This document shows, one piece after another, positions 1 to 11,602 of a DNA stretch of 64,000 bases (its first letter is position 1; every line of letters begins with the position of its first letter). Both the position numbers and the translations under genes were made by a program. The notes under the pieces are model-generated. The model was not told the DNA's origin and ran no database searches. It worked only from the letters and a program-made list of their open reading frames with translations. The DNA is from an uncultured Gammaproteobacteria bacterium (GTDB taxonomy: Bacteria > Pseudomonadota > Gammaproteobacteria > UBA9214), in assembly GCA_963773065.1 (NCBI GenBank), contig CAVYZN010000001.1, positions 1-64,000 of the forward strand, written 5' to 3'.

Positions 1-216
1 TAAATAAATCACCATCAATAATCGCGGTAAACTACCGGCGTCTTTCCATCCGCCGGACCGCCCACATCGTGGAATCCATCGATTTCGCCTTTGCCGCCCT
101 GGCGCTGGCCCGCTCGGGGCAGCGGGGCAGGCACGTGCTGGCGGGTGTGCCGCTGATGGCCGCGGGGCTTTGCTCGGGTAGACGCGGCCGCCAACGTCAC
201 GGCACAATCACCGCCC

Positions 217-600
217 ATGCATGATGAGGAACGCGACCGGAAGATCGCACGCTGGCAACAGCAGGCGCGGGCGGCGGCGAAGCACACGAGGCGACGCAAC
301 CTGTACGTCATCACGCTGATGCCGGAGGTGCTGGAGCGCAAGGACTTCCGTGAGGCCAACCCGGATTACATCGAGGGCATGCCGTGCCTGTACGTCGGCA
401 GCACGATCCACGATCCGGGCGACCGTTTCGAGCAGCATATGGCCGGCTACCGCAGCAGCAAATACCCTAAACACTACGGCGTCGAGCTCGCGCAGGACAT
501 GATGGAGGGTTTCGATGACACGGGACTCACCGATGCGCAGCGGGAACCTGCCCTGGCCGGCTGGTTGCGCCGGCAGGGCTGCGCCGTCTGGCAGAACTGA
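217..600 (+). CDS. Small GIY-YIG-like nuclease superfamily protein
   Basis: LYVI...CLYVGST...DRFEQH pattern resembles the GIY-YIG core (YVG followed by R..H). Confidence 0.55.
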   Translation: MHDEERDRKIARWQQQARAAAKHTRRRNLYVITLMPEVLERKDFREANPDYIEGMPCLYVGSTIHDPGDRFEQHMAGYRSSKYPKHYGVELAQDMMEGFDDTGLTDAQREPALAGWLRRQGCAVWQN

Positions 601-655
601 AGGCACAAGGACCCCCAGCAGCGCCTCGCCCTTCCGTGCCCATATAATCGCCCCC

Positions 656-1537
656 ATGACCCCGCTACTCGAAGCTCGCGATCTTGTGAAAGTCTTTCCC
701 GGTGTGCGGGCGGTGGACGGGATCAGCGTCGCGGTGGAGCGGGGCCGGTGCTTCGGCCTGCTGGGACCGAACGGGGCCGGCAAGACAACGACGCTGGAGA
801 TGCTGGAAGGCATCTCGCGGCCCGCGGCCGGGCAGATCCTGTACGAGGGCCGCGCGCTCGACCGGGCGTTTCGCGAGGACATCGGCATCCAGTTCCAGAG
901 CACGGCGCTGCAGGACTTCCAGTCCGTGCGCGAATCCCTGCGGATGTTCGCGAGCCTGTATCGGCGCACCGCCGACAGGGACGAGCTCATCGCGCTGTGC
1001 AACCTGGAGGAGATCCTCGACCGGGATACCCGCAGGCTCTCCGGCGGGCAGCGCCAGCGCCTGCTGCTGGCCATCGCCCTGGTCAACGATCCCCGGCTGG
1101 TGTTCCTGGACGAGCCCACGACCGGCCTCGATCCGCAGGCGCGGCGCAACTTCTGGGGCCTGATCGAGACCGTGCGCCAGCGCGGCAAGACCGTAGTGCT
1201 GACGACCCATTACATGGAGGAGGCGCAGCGGCTGTGCGACGAGATCGTGATCGTTGACCGCGGCCGCGTCATCGCCAGGGGCAAGCCCCTGGAGCTGGTG
1301 CAGGCGCATTTTCCCGCCGTGGTCGTGCGCCTGCCGGCGAACGTCTGGCCGGCGGGCTAGCCGCTGCCGGCTAACGGCGAACTGCGCAACGGCTACATCG
1401 AGATGTTCACCGAGGAAGCGCCGCCGCTGCTCGAAGAGCTGAAACGCTCCGGTGCGAACCTCAACGAGCTCAAGGTCGATACGCCGAACCTGGAGGACCT
1501 CTTCCTCAAACTCACCGGCCACGCCCTGAGGAATTAG
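656..1537 (+). CDS. ABC-2 type exporter ATP-binding subunit, interrupted by an in-frame TAG at 1358-1360
   Basis: Walker A GPNGAGKTT, signature LSGGQ, Walker B LVFLDEP, H-loop TTHY. The frame continues past the TAG to the typical PNLEDLFLKLTG tail and stops 5 nt before the permease ATG. Confidence 0.9.
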
Positions 1538-1542
1538 CCCGC

Positions 1543-2565
1543 ATGTGGCGTCGCATCCTGGCCATATTGTGGGCGCGCAACCGGGAATTCTACCGGGACC
1601 GGGCCGGTCTGAGCTGGAATATCGCCATGCCGGTGCTGATGGTGTTCGGCTTCGCCTTCATCTTCCGCGGCGAGCCGGAGGATCTGTTCAAGGTCGGCGT
1701 GCTGGCCGAACACGCCGACCTCGCGGCGACGGCCTCGCCGTTCCTCGCGACGCGGCATATCCGCTTCATTCCGTTTGACGATAGGCAGTCTGCCCTTGCG
1801 AAGGTGGAGCGCCACCAGATCGATCTGCTGCTCGATCCGCGCGGCCCGCCGCGCTACTGGATCAACGTGCATTCGGCCAAGGGCTACCTGGCCGAGCGGC
1901 TGCTGCGGGCGGCGTACGCGAACAGCAATGGTCCTGCCCCGCGGCGGGAGACCGTGAGCGGCCTGGCGCTGCGCTACGTGGACTGGGTGCTGCCCGGCGT
2001 GCTGGCGATGAACATCATGTTCAGCAGCCTATGGGGTGTCGGTTATGTCATCGTGCGCTATCGCAAGAACGGCGTGCTGCGGCGCTTGCAGGCGACACCG
2101 CTAAGCGCCTTCGAGTTTCTGACGGCGCAGGTGCTCTCCCGCCTCGCGGTGGTGCTCGCGGCGACCCTCGTCGTGTACGCGGGCGCCGACTTGGTGCTCG
2201 ATTTCGTGATGCGCGGTTCCTACCTGGCGCTCCTGCTGGTCTATGCCACGGGCGCCCTGTGCCTCATCAGCGTGGGCCTGGTCATCGCCGCGCGGCTGCG
2301 CACCGAAGAGCTGGCGGATGGCGTGCTCAACCTGCTGTCCTGGCCGATGCTGCTGCTCTCCGGGGTGTGGTTCTCGATGGAGGGGACGAATCCGGCGGCC
2401 CAGTTCATCTCGCGGTTCCTACCTCTGACGCATATGGTCGATGCCGCCCGGGAGGTCATGGTGGACGGGGCCGGCGTCGCCCAGGTGCTGCCCGAGATCG
2501 CTCTGCTGGGCGGCACGGGGCTCCTGCTGCTGGTGACCGCCGCTTGGTTGTTCCGCTGGGACTGA
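1543..2565 (+). CDS. ABC-2 type transporter permease
   Basis: N-terminal TM, extracytoplasmic loop, YVDWVLPG and multiple C-terminal TMs; directly follows the ATPase. Confidence 0.9.
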   Translation: MWRRILAILWARNREFYRDRAGLSWNIAMPVLMVFGFAFIFRGEPEDLFKVGVLAEHADLAATASPFLATRHIRFIPFDDRQSALAKVERHQIDLLLDPRGPPRYWINVHSAKGYLAERLLRAAYANSNGPAPRRETVSGLALRYVDWVLPGVLAMNIMFSSLWGVGYVIVRYRKNGVLRRLQATPLSAFEFLTAQVLSRLAVVLAATLVVYAGADLVLDFVMRGSYLALLLVYATGALCLISVGLVIAARLRTEELADGVLNLLSWPMLLLSGVWFSMEGTNPAAQFISRFLPLTHMVDAAREVMVDGAGVAQVLPEIALLGGTGLLLLVTAAWLFRWD

Positions 2566-2858
2566 AGCCGTTCTTCTACAGTCAGGCCGATGACATGACG
2601 ATAGTATTGCCACCTAACCAACGAGTGGTGAAAGGCATGAGTCCTCTGATCTGGTCTATGGCATTCAGGCGTTGCACTCACATCCGGATGAGGACACGCC
2701 CGGATCCACTGCGCACCGTCTTTCCCTCGGTGATCTGGCTGCTGGCTGTAGTCGGTCTTCTCAGGAAAGGCGATCATCGCCGGTCGGGGGGATCGGATCA
2801 TTCCCTCAAGTTGTAGTTTGTCGGCGCCTCGCCTCGAAAATATCCGGCTGCTTTGCAG

Positions 2859-3366
2859 TCACGCAATCGATGGGTAGCCGCGTTCTTGTGACCGTTGGGT
2901 CTTGGGAATAACGGGGTGGGGCCAGAAACCCTCTATCGCTATTCCGCTATCGTGCTCAGAGTGAACCAGGCATCCGAGGGCAGCAAGGGACCCAGGCATT
3001 GCAGCAGCGCATTGCGCAGATTGCCAGCGGTTTCGGTCATCCAGCGACACGGGGTCGACCGGGACCATGTAGCCGTAGGGATTCAGTTGATAGAAGCCGA
3101 CCCGCTGGTTCAGGCGCGCCGCGTAGACTCGTCCCGCCACCGGCTTCATGCACATAGCGCACACCGTCTACGGAGATGCCATAGATCATGTGCTCGCAGG
3201 GAAATGCGGCCGCGCTCTGCTGCAGCGGGATGCCGGCCGCCGGCGGGGGCAGTCTGTTCGGGTCAAATCCGCCGTGATACCGCTCGATGGCCATCGCCAC
3301 GCCGGCGATGAAGAGTACGCTTAGCACCGCCCATTTCCCAAAGCCGAACCGGTATGCGTAAATCAT
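2859..3366 (-). CDS. Hypothetical exported protein, probably frameshifted near 3165
   Basis: Hydrophobic N-terminus (KWAVLSVLFIAGVAMA); overlapping minus-strand ORFs 3037-3411 and 2859-3164 could join. Confidence 0.3.
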
Positions 3367-3635
3367 TGTGTCTGCCTCTGGAACCGCGCCACTATCGCAT
3401 GTGGTTTGCATTCATTGTCAGAAATCGCACCCGCGCCGTCTATTGAACTGAGGTCTATTGGACTTAAGTCACAGATACCCGGCCGCGGCATGCGCCGGTG
3501 ACTGGGGCGAGGCGCGCGCCATCCGGGCGACATGCCGAGGAGATCCCGCCTGACGGCAGTGAGCCGGGTTCGATTGATTTGGCGGTGAAATAGCGGTTCA
3601 ATGAGCGCCTGTCTGTTGGATACCCTAATCAGAAA

Positions 3636-6499
3636 ATGTTTACGCGTTTATTCAAACCCCGGTGGGAACACGCCGACCCTCGCACTCGACGCCAGGCGCT
3701 TGAATCCGGCGATGTGCCGCCGGAGGTACTGGCAAAGGCGGCCAGAGAGGATCAGGACCCGGAGGTGCGCCGTTGCGCCGTGGAGCGCCTTGTCGATCTC
3801 GATCTGCTCGCGGCGTTGATCGGCAGCGAACCGCTGGCAGGCATACGGGAGGCGGCAATCCGCCGCCAGCGTGAACTGCTGGCCGGTCCGCTGCCGGAGG
3901 GTACTCCCGTGGCGTCGCGGCTTGAGGCCATGCGGCGTGCGGCCTCGCCCGAACTCTGCGCATTTCTGGCCCGCGCGGCGCAGGCCGCGGAGATTCGCGC
4001 CGCGGCCCTGGAGCAGGTGCAGGATACCGCCGTCCTGTGCGCCATTGCCGTCGACGATCCGGTCGCGGCCGTGCGTCGCGCGGCGCTGGAGCGGATCGCG
4101 GACCCGCAGGGATGGGAGGCGGTGGCCCGGGACGCCCGGAACAAGGACAAACAGATCAGCCGCATGGCCCGTGAACGTCTCGATGCCCACCACAAGGCCC
4201 AGGCGGAACAGGAAGCCGCGGAACGGCTGTGCACGGAGCTGGAGGCGCTGGCGTCGGACACGCCGCAGACCGGCAGCCGTCAGGTTTTCCTGCGGCTGAC
4301 CAGCCACTGGGACCAACTGGAATCACGACCCGCCCCGCCGCTTGCGGAACGCTACGCGCGCGCGCGGCAGCAGGTCGCCGCGGCGCTCGAGTGCTTCAAT
4401 GCGGTAGTCACCGAGAGGCGGGCGATTTGTGCCGACCTCGAGGGGCTGCTCGGTAGTCTGCAGGAGAATGCAGGGGGCGTTGCGCTGTCCGTGCCGGATC
4501 CGCGTGAGCGGCTGACAGAGGTAATCGCCCGCTGGCGGGGACTGGCGCCGCCGGTGGAGGACGACGATCCGCTGGCACGGCGCTTTGCCGATCTGGTCAA
4601 GCAGATTGAGTGGGCGTCGGAACGCCTGGCGAGAGACCAGGCTCGCGCCGTGCCGCTGCGCGCCCTGGTGCGGCGGGCCGGCGAACTGCTCGCCGATGCG
4701 GCCGAACTCGACGAACATCGCGTCGATGAGCTCGAACGCCGCTGGGCCGAATTCGATCTCCCGGCATCACCAGGACTGGCCGATTTGCTGGAACAGGAAT
4801 TCGCCGCCCAGCGGGAGTTGCTGCGGGAGCGGTTGCAGCGGCAGGCAACCCAGCGCCGGCAGGCGCTGGAAGAGGCGGATGGACTGATAACCGGAATGGA
4901 TGCGTCGCTCAAACAGGGTGAACTCGAACGCGCCCTGTCCCAGCGCGACCGGGCCCGCCACCTGCTGAAAATCGCCGCGGGCAGCGACGAACGCAAGCGC
5001 GCTGTCTTGCAGGCGCGGCTGCAGCGCCTGCATCCGCGGCTCGAACAGCTCCGGCAGTGGCGGCACTGGGGCTCCGGGAATGCCCGGGAGCGCCTGTGCA
5101 GCGAGCTCGATGCGCTGGCCGGCAGTGTCCTCCCGGCGGCGGAAATTGCCACCCGCGTCCGCACGGCCCGGGAGGCCTGGAAACGCATCGACCGCGCCGA
5201 GGGTCCGGCCCGGGAAGACCTCTGGCTGCGCTTCGACCAGGCGTGTACCCGAGCCTATGCACCATATCAGCAGGAACGGCGCGAGCAGACGGAACGGTTC
5301 GCCGCGCACCTTGGGCAGAAACAGGCGCTGCGCCGTGAACTGGATACCTTTGAACGCGACACGGACTGGAAGACGGTGGACTGGCAGGCGGCGGACAAGC
5401 GGGTCCGCTCGGCCCGCGAACGCTGGCGGCGCATCGGGCCGGTCCCGGCGAAGGCGCGCAAGGCCCTGGAGAAAGACTACCGCGAGGTGCTCGCGCGCCT
5501 GGAGTCGCATCTGGATGCGGAACGGGAACGCGAGCTGCGGCGCCGTCGCGCTTTGATCACCCGGGTGGAACAACTGGCCGCCGCCCCGGACCCGCGCAAC
5601 GCCGGCCGCGAGGTGCGGGAGGCACAGGAAAAATGGCCGGCCACGGTGCAGTCGGCGCCGGAGGTGGAGCAGGCGCTGTGGCAGGAATTCCGGAAGGCCT
5701 GTGATGCCGTGTTCAATCAGGTCGCGGGAGGAGCGCGAGGCGGCGGACGCCGAACGCCAGGCGAACCTCGACCGCAAAACGGCCCTGTGCGGGGAACTGG
5801 AAGCCCTGCTGGACAACGCGGGCGCGGATTACCACGGCCTTGCGCAGCGATTTGCCGCGGCAAGCGGCGAGTGGGCCGGCATCGGTGCAGTCCCCTACAA
5901 ACTGGAACGGCCACTGGAGGCGCGTTACGAGGCGCTCATGAAGCGGTTCACGGACCGCCGGCAGGTGCAAGCACGGGCGGCCGCGCAGGCACTGCTGCAG
6001 GGTGTGCGTGAACGATCCCGGCTGTGTGACCGCCTGGAATCCGCGGTGCTGGAGAATCTACTGGCGGAAGCCGATCGACAGGCGCTGGTGGAAGAAACCC
6101 GCCGGGCATGGGAGGCGCTCGCGCCGCTCGATGCGCGCCAGGCGCAAGGGCTTCAGCTACGCTACGAACTCGCCAGTCGCGCGCTCGGCGGGGATGCCCG
6201 GGCGCGGGAAGAGCTGCTCGCCGCTCTGCCGCGGAATCTGGAGCGGCGCCTGGCACTCTGCCTGCAGATGGAGATCGCCGCCGGGCTTGACTCGCCGCCG
6301 GAGTTTGCCGAGGCGCGTATGCGGCTGCAGGTGTCACGGCTTGCCGATGCCCTGAGCCACCGGCAGGAGGGAGCACGCGCCGGTTCCGCGCGGCTGCGCG
6401 AACTTGTTGCTGGAGTGGTACCCGGTTGGCCCGGCGCCGGCAGCGTCGCACGGCGCACTCGATGCGCGTCTTGCAAGGATACTTGCGGCGCTAGGATGA
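3636..6499 (+). CDS. DUF349 domain-containing helical repeat protein, with two apparent +1 frameshifts (~5724, ~6404)
   Basis: FKPRWEH start and repeated W..IGPVP / LW..F..ACD.F motifs. Removing one base at each site gives a continuous frame ending LLLEWYPVGP...LAALG*. Confidence 0.8.
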
Positions 6500-6654
6500 A
6501 GCAGGGGTCGATGACTAAGTGGCCGGCCAGATGCATACCGGAGCTTCCCTTATTTTCGGGATAGATTTATATAAGCAACCATCCGAGGAGCTCGTCTTTG
6601 CGAGACGTAGCGAGTAATTTGTTGCCGCCATATGTCGACCAAAGGAAGCTCATC

Positions 6655-7038
6655 ATGAAAAACTCGTTGAAGGGAGCGCTGTTGTCGGGCCTGGTGTTTC
6701 CCGGCCTCGGTCAGCTTGTGCTGAAACGCTACCGGCGGGGCTTCGCCCTGATGCTGACGGTCATGGCCGGTTTGTTCGTCATGATCGTAACAGCCGTGCA
6801 GCAAGCCTATGCCATCCTGGACAGGATCGAGACAGAAGGCGGGTCGCCCGATATGGATACGATTACCCAAGCCGCCGCCCAGGCCGCCACCGCGGCCAGC
6901 AGCCCGGTCAGCACTGCCGTATCGCTGCTGATCTTCGTCTGCTGGATCGTCGGGATTATCGACGCCTACCGCATCGGGAAGAAAAAGGACCTGGAAGGGC
7001 AGGCGTCCGGACGGATGACGCATGGCACAGGCGATTAG
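6655..7038 (+). CDS. Conserved membrane protein with GALLSGLVFPGLGQ motif
   Basis: PGLGQ motif, 2-3 hydrophobic segments, W..GIIDAY motif. Confidence 0.7.
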   Translation: MKNSLKGALLSGLVFPGLGQLVLKRYRRGFALMLTVMAGLFVMIVTAVQQAYAILDRIETEGGSPDMDTITQAAAQAATAASSPVSTAVSLLIFVCWIVGIIDAYRIGKKKDLEGQASGRMTHGTGD

Positions 7039-7149
7039 ACAGCTAGCCAAGACACTACCCGTTTTGATGCCCGGCGGTCCTGGCTGGGTGTCTGCCGAAC
7101 AACCATCAAACCGAGGCAAACCGCCAGTTCATGGCGCGGGAACGAAGCG

Positions 7150-7521
7150 ATGTCAGACCTGAATGATCCGCGCGTCCTGTTCGCCGCAGAACGCACGCTG
7201 CTGGCGTGGAACCGGACCAGCATCTCCCTGATGGCGTTCGGCTTCCTGATCGAGCGCTTCGGCCTTTTTCTGCAGATCATGGGGCGCGAGGAGGTCAAGG
7301 TGTTTCAGCGTCATATCTCCTTCGTCGTAGGTATCGCGTTCATACTGCTGGCTTCTTATGTCGCCCTCGCTTCCGTCGTGCAGCACCGCCGAGTGCTCGG
7401 TACCCTGAAGCCGGTCGAGATACCCGCCGGCTACAATACCCAACTCGGGTTGGTCACCAACGGCATCGTCGGCGTCCTGGGAATATTGTTGAGCATTTAC
7501 CTGTCCCACGGGTTCCTGTAG
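7150..7521 (+). CDS. DUF202 / YidH family membrane protein
   Basis: DPRVLFAAERTLLAWNRT motif and three TM segments. Confidence 0.85.
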   Translation: MSDLNDPRVLFAAERTLLAWNRTSISLMAFGFLIERFGLFLQIMGREEVKVFQRHISFVVGIAFILLASYVALASVVQHRRVLGTLKPVEIPAGYNTQLGLVTNGIVGVLGILLSIYLSHGFL

Positions 7522-7691
7522 CCCCGGATTGTCACAACGCAGACCGGTAACCGGTTTGCCACGCCGGTCAGCCCTTGTATTACTCCCAGCCGCACGGGCA
7601 CAAGCTTCGCCGGTCTTCCGCGCGCCGGGCGCCATCACACCCGCCGATGTTTCAGGCGCTTAGACCTGGTGTACTCCCCGGGCCGCGTGCC

Positions 7692-8380
7692 TCACGGCGT
7701 GTGGCCGGCGGCCTTCAGCATCTGGGACAGTTGCTGCTCCTTCTGCTTCATCTGCTCTATGAGTTGTTCGGTCTGCGGGTCCTTCTCTTTCATGGCGGTC
7801 ACGATGGCATCGCTGAGCTTCTTCTGCGCCGCTTGCACATCCGGGTTCTGCATGGCCTGGGTCTGGGCATCACGGAATGCCATTGCCTTTTTCTGGTAAT
7901 CGCTCATCAGCGCCTGACGGTCGCTGTCGGGTGTCTCGCCGCTGCGCAGTTTCTCCTCTATCTTTTTGATTTCAGCCATGTCCTCCTGGGCATTTTTGCC
8001 GTTGCTGCTCATCTTCTCCAGGATCAGGTCACGCCAGGCCTGTTCCTGTTTCTGCAGCTCGGGGTGAGCCTGCAGGGTATCCTGCTGGATCTGCGTGAGG
8101 CGTTTCTGCAGATCCATGTATTCGGCATGGACTCCCTGAATTTCCTGCATCTGCTTGTTTTGCTCGGGTGTCTCTGCCTGCGGTGCGCCCTGCTCCTGCG
8201 GTGCTGCGCTCTGCCCCTGTGGTGTGCGCTCTTCTCCTGCGGTGTGCTCTGCCCCTGTGGTGCGTCCTGCGCCTGCACCGAAGTAACGGTGGCAAAGCCG
8301 GCGGCGACGGCCAGCGTCAGCAGCATGCGGCAGTTAAAGATGCGGGCAAACAGGGACCTGGGTTGACTGGATATGTTCAT
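7692..8380 (-). CDS. Secreted Gln-rich helical protein, frameshifted near 8225
   Basis: Signal peptide ending VQA, then PQGQS/PQEQG repeats; adding one base joins ORF 8024-8380 to ORF 7692-8150. Confidence 0.65.
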
Positions 8381-9099
8381 CTGAAAATGCTCCTGGAAGT
8401 TTGGGATACGAGTTGGCGGCGCGGCGATGCGCGGATTGTTGTCAAGGTTGTTATTGTGGCGGCAGCATAGCAGTTAGTACCGGGTCGCCGTCAACTCTCC
8501 GTGCTTAATAACAGCAACTGAAGGGCAAGCCGGAGCCTATCGGCGGCGATTGGGAAGCCGCGGGTTGAATTCGCATATTCCGTCCCGCGGCAGCGCGAAA
8601 TTGCCGCCGGCGCTAGGCAATGGGGCGGCAAGGTAGCTTCACACCGATGCGGGCGGTACCCGGGGGCGACCCAAGTTTTTCCTTCTGCAGACAGTAACTT
8701 ATGGCGACCAGAACGCTTTGTCCGAGGTAAACGATCGAGGTGCGATCGCGCGTTGGTCTGCTGGTCGGATCAGGTAAACGACATCGAGGATAACGGCGAT
8801 CCGTGCACAACCGCTGGCGCTTGGTGCCCGTGAGACTGATATCTGCAACTTAGTCCCTGCGAGTCTGTCAATAAAATCAATTGCCGGAATGTGCCATACA
8901 GGGTAAGGCCCTGTTCCTATTCATGAACTATACTGAGGAATGCCGGAGTGATATGCCCTTCCGGGAAGGGGTGATCGGGGAGGCCGATACATCAGGCTTT
9001 ATCCCGAGGCTTTATGCTGGATTATCCCGTGAGATGACGTTGGTTTAATACACATTAGGAATATCGGCCATTGCAAGAAAGCCCCGTGAGTTAATTTAT

Positions 9100-9597
9100 A
9101 TGATGCCATTTACTCAATACCGGAATGACCGAGAGATGCTTAACCAACGAAAGTCTGATGATAGCCTGAACGATGAGGTACGTGTATTTCAGTCGTCGTT
9201 TCGCTCGGTGTTGATGGCGACGGTGAACCAGGATGGTGTGCCGGAGGCGAGCTATGCGCCTTATGTGATGGACGATGGGGGGAGGTATTATGTATTCGTC
9301 AGTGGGCTGGCGCGCCACACCCGCGATTTCCAGGAAACCGGCAACGTCAGCCTGCAGTTCATCGAGAATGAGGACGCGGCCGAGAACCTCTTTGCACGTC
9401 GACGGCTCACGTTATTGTGCGACGTGGCGATGATCTCGCGCGAAAGTCCGGTTCGGGAAGAGATACTCAATCATTTCACGCAGAATTTTGGCAGATTCAT
9501 CAATAAACTGTGTGATTTACCCGACTTTCAGTTGTTTCAGTTGACTCCCCGCTCCGGTCTTTATGTGCGCGGCTTCGGGCAGGTATTCCGGATATAG
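9100..9597 (+). CDS. HugZ/HutZ-like pyridoxamine 5'-phosphate oxidase family (heme utilisation) protein
   Basis: MATVNQDGVPEASYAP, VSGLARHT, FARRRLT and YVRGFGQ motifs. Confidence 0.8.
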   Translation: MMPFTQYRNDREMLNQRKSDDSLNDEVRVFQSSFRSVLMATVNQDGVPEASYAPYVMDDGGRYYVFVSGLARHTRDFQETGNVSLQFIENEDAAENLFARRRLTLLCDVAMISRESPVREEILNHFTQNFGRFINKLCDLPDFQLFQLTPRSGLYVRGFGQVFRI

Positions 9598-9936
9598 CTC
9601 ACACAGCCAAACGAGATCCAATGTGACTGGACGCGATGAGCGGTAACAGGAGGGAGGAGACGAGTCCTTCTGATTCAAGTACTCGCAACGACAAGCACTT
9701 ACCCGCCTCATCGTGAATCCGGTGCATTTTCCGCTTGCCGTCAGGAAAAAGTGTACTAGTCTGGTAGCCATGAAACTTTTCCAGGAACCTGCGGCCGGAG
9801 GCCGCGCCGACCCTCTTGCGGGGCGTGAACCACATCAAGCGTATCGCCACGGCAAGTCACGGACAATGCGATAGTGGATGCCGTACTTCACAGAGGGGTT
9901 TCTTTTATCTAGCGAGTGACCTTATTGGGGGCTGCG

Positions 9937-10035
9937 ATGATTGAAACATTTCGTGCTTTCTTATACGGGGTTTTAATCCTGGCTACGGCTTTGATACCGC
10001 CGGCCATTTCTCTGATTGAGAAGTTCGGCAGTTAA
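9937..10035 (+). CDS. Putative 32-aa small membrane protein
   Basis: MIETFRAFLYGVLILATALIPPAISLIEKFGS*; G-rich RBS-like sequence upstream; single hydrophobic helix. Confidence 0.4.
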   Translation: MIETFRAFLYGVLILATALIPPAISLIEKFGS

Positions 10036-10224
10036 CGCTGATACGATTTTTTTCCTGCTCAGTTTTTCCGGCAATCCATTCAGTTACTACCAAGCGCGGC
10101 CTTTGCACGGCATTGACGCCTGGCCTGCAAACGGCCCCGCAACCGGGGAAGCGAAGATTCATGTTACACGAACGTCAATTATCCGCTGTTGATTACCGGA
10201 TTCGCCATGTATCAAGGCCATTGC

Positions 10225-10962
10225 ATGAAACAACCTGATTACGGCCATGCAAGCCATACCGGCTGGCTGCGTGAGCACAATGAGGATAGCTATCTGGCGG
10301 CCCCGGAACTGGGCCTGTGGATTGTGGCCGATGGACTGGGAGGCGAGGCGGATGGCGAGGTCGCGAGCGCTATCGTCGTCGCCCATGTCGCGGAGCGCGT
10401 GCGCGCCGGCATGCCGCTCGATCAGGCGATCATTACGGCCCATACGGCGGTGCTCGAGGCAGTGCGTGAAGGACACGGGAGAGCCGGCATGGGATCGACC
10501 GCGGTGGCGGCACATATCAGGGAGAATGTCTACCAGATTGCCTGGATTGGTGACAGCCGCGCCTATCTCTGGGATGGCAGACACATCGCGCGGCTCACCC
10601 GTGACCACTCGTTCGTGCAGGGATTGGTGGACAGCGGAGCACTCCGAGAGGAGATGGCGGCGCTGCACCCGTATCGAAACGTGCTTATGCGAAGTCTTGG
10701 AAGCAGCGATGACTCCAGCGTGAGAGTCGATACGGTGACCGGCGAGTTATCCCGAGATGACCGGATACTGTTATGCAGCGATGGCCTGACCGGCGAACTG
10801 TCGGATGCGGACATCGAAGCGGTATTCGCCGCGGGTCAGGGTGTCCAGGAAACGGTGGACCGCCTGATCGAGGGTGCGCTTGATCGGGGTGGTTCGGACA
10901 ATGTCACGGTGCTTGCCATCGCGGCTCCCGCTGATGCCGGGCCAAGGACTGGTATGGCCTGA
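10225..10962 (+). CDS. PP2C-family (PPM) Ser/Thr protein phosphatase
   Basis: REHNEDS, VADGLGG, GMGST, IGDSRAY, LCSDGL and GGSDNVT motifs. Confidence 0.92.
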   Translation: MKQPDYGHASHTGWLREHNEDSYLAAPELGLWIVADGLGGEADGEVASAIVVAHVAERVRAGMPLDQAIITAHTAVLEAVREGHGRAGMGSTAVAAHIRENVYQIAWIGDSRAYLWDGRHIARLTRDHSFVQGLVDSGALREEMAALHPYRNVLMRSLGSSDDSSVRVDTVTGELSRDDRILLCSDGLTGELSDADIEAVFAAGQGVQETVDRLIEGALDRGGSDNVTVLAIAAPADAGPRTGMA

Positions 10963-11014
10963 ATAACGGCGCCGACTCCACCGCTGGCACAGCCATCGTA
11001 TTCCGGGCAAGAAT

Positions 11015-11602
11015 CTACCTCAGGGAGGCGGTGAGCGCCTCCCAGGCCGAACGCAATTCCCCGGGTATCTCCTTCAGTCTGGGTCGACGGGGTTGCTGGC
11101 GCAGATCTTCCAGCAGCAGCACATTGGGCGGCTTGCCCCTGGGGAATACGGCATGGTGGGTAAACAGATGCAGGCCCTCGACCGCGACCTTAGGAACCAG
11201 GACCCTGATGGCGCCGATCTGCCGCTGCAGATACTGGTCCGGATTGGGAAACCGGTAGCTGCGCGTGTGGATCACCTGGGTCCACTCATCGGTATGCCCG
11301 CTCCCGAATATCATGCCCTCGAAGCGCTTTACGCCTATGATCAGGATGGCGTCGGGGGCGAGCAGCAGGTGGTCGATCACCACCTCGCCGCCCATGCCAT
11401 CGGGCACACGGATATCGTGCAGCGCCCTGGCGCCCAGCCGTCGTATGGTCCAGGCAATCTGGCGTTCCTGCCACCAGCGGCGCAGGGGGTTGCGGAACAG
11501 ATAAAACAGCACCGTCAGTCCAATGAGGACGGCCGGCACGGCCAACAGTAGCAGTTCACTCAGTGAGGCATGCTGCAACAGGGCTTGTAATGAATCGGGC
11601 AT
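11015..11602 (-). CDS. NERD (nuclease-related domain) protein with N-terminal TM
   Basis: LHDIRVP...IDHLLL...VKRFEGMIFG...WTQ...FPNP. Confidence 0.8.
   Translation of the reverse strand: MPDSLQALLQHASLSELLLLAVPAVLIGLTVLFYLFRNPLRRWWQERQIAWTIRRLGARALHDIRVPDGMGGEVVIDHLLLAPDAILIIGVKRFEGMIFGSGHTDEWTQVIHTRSYRFPNPDQYLQRQIGAIRVLVPKVAVEGLHLFTHHAVFPRGKPPNVLLLEDLRQQPRRPRLKEIPGELRSAWEALTASLR

Noticed and set aside
15-359. Minus-strand ORF at the window start
   Set aside because: Overlaps the better-supported 217-600 gene and has no recognisable motif
1358-1360. Pyrrolysine or genome-wide TAG recoding
   Set aside because: TAG is used as a normal stop in several genes here (e.g. 1537, 7521, 18928, 63983); no pyl genes seen
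8400-9100. Riboswitch or ncRNA in the long intergenic region
   Set aside because: Only short hairpins and a short direct repeat (aggtaaacga..tcgagg); no recognisable aptamer consensus
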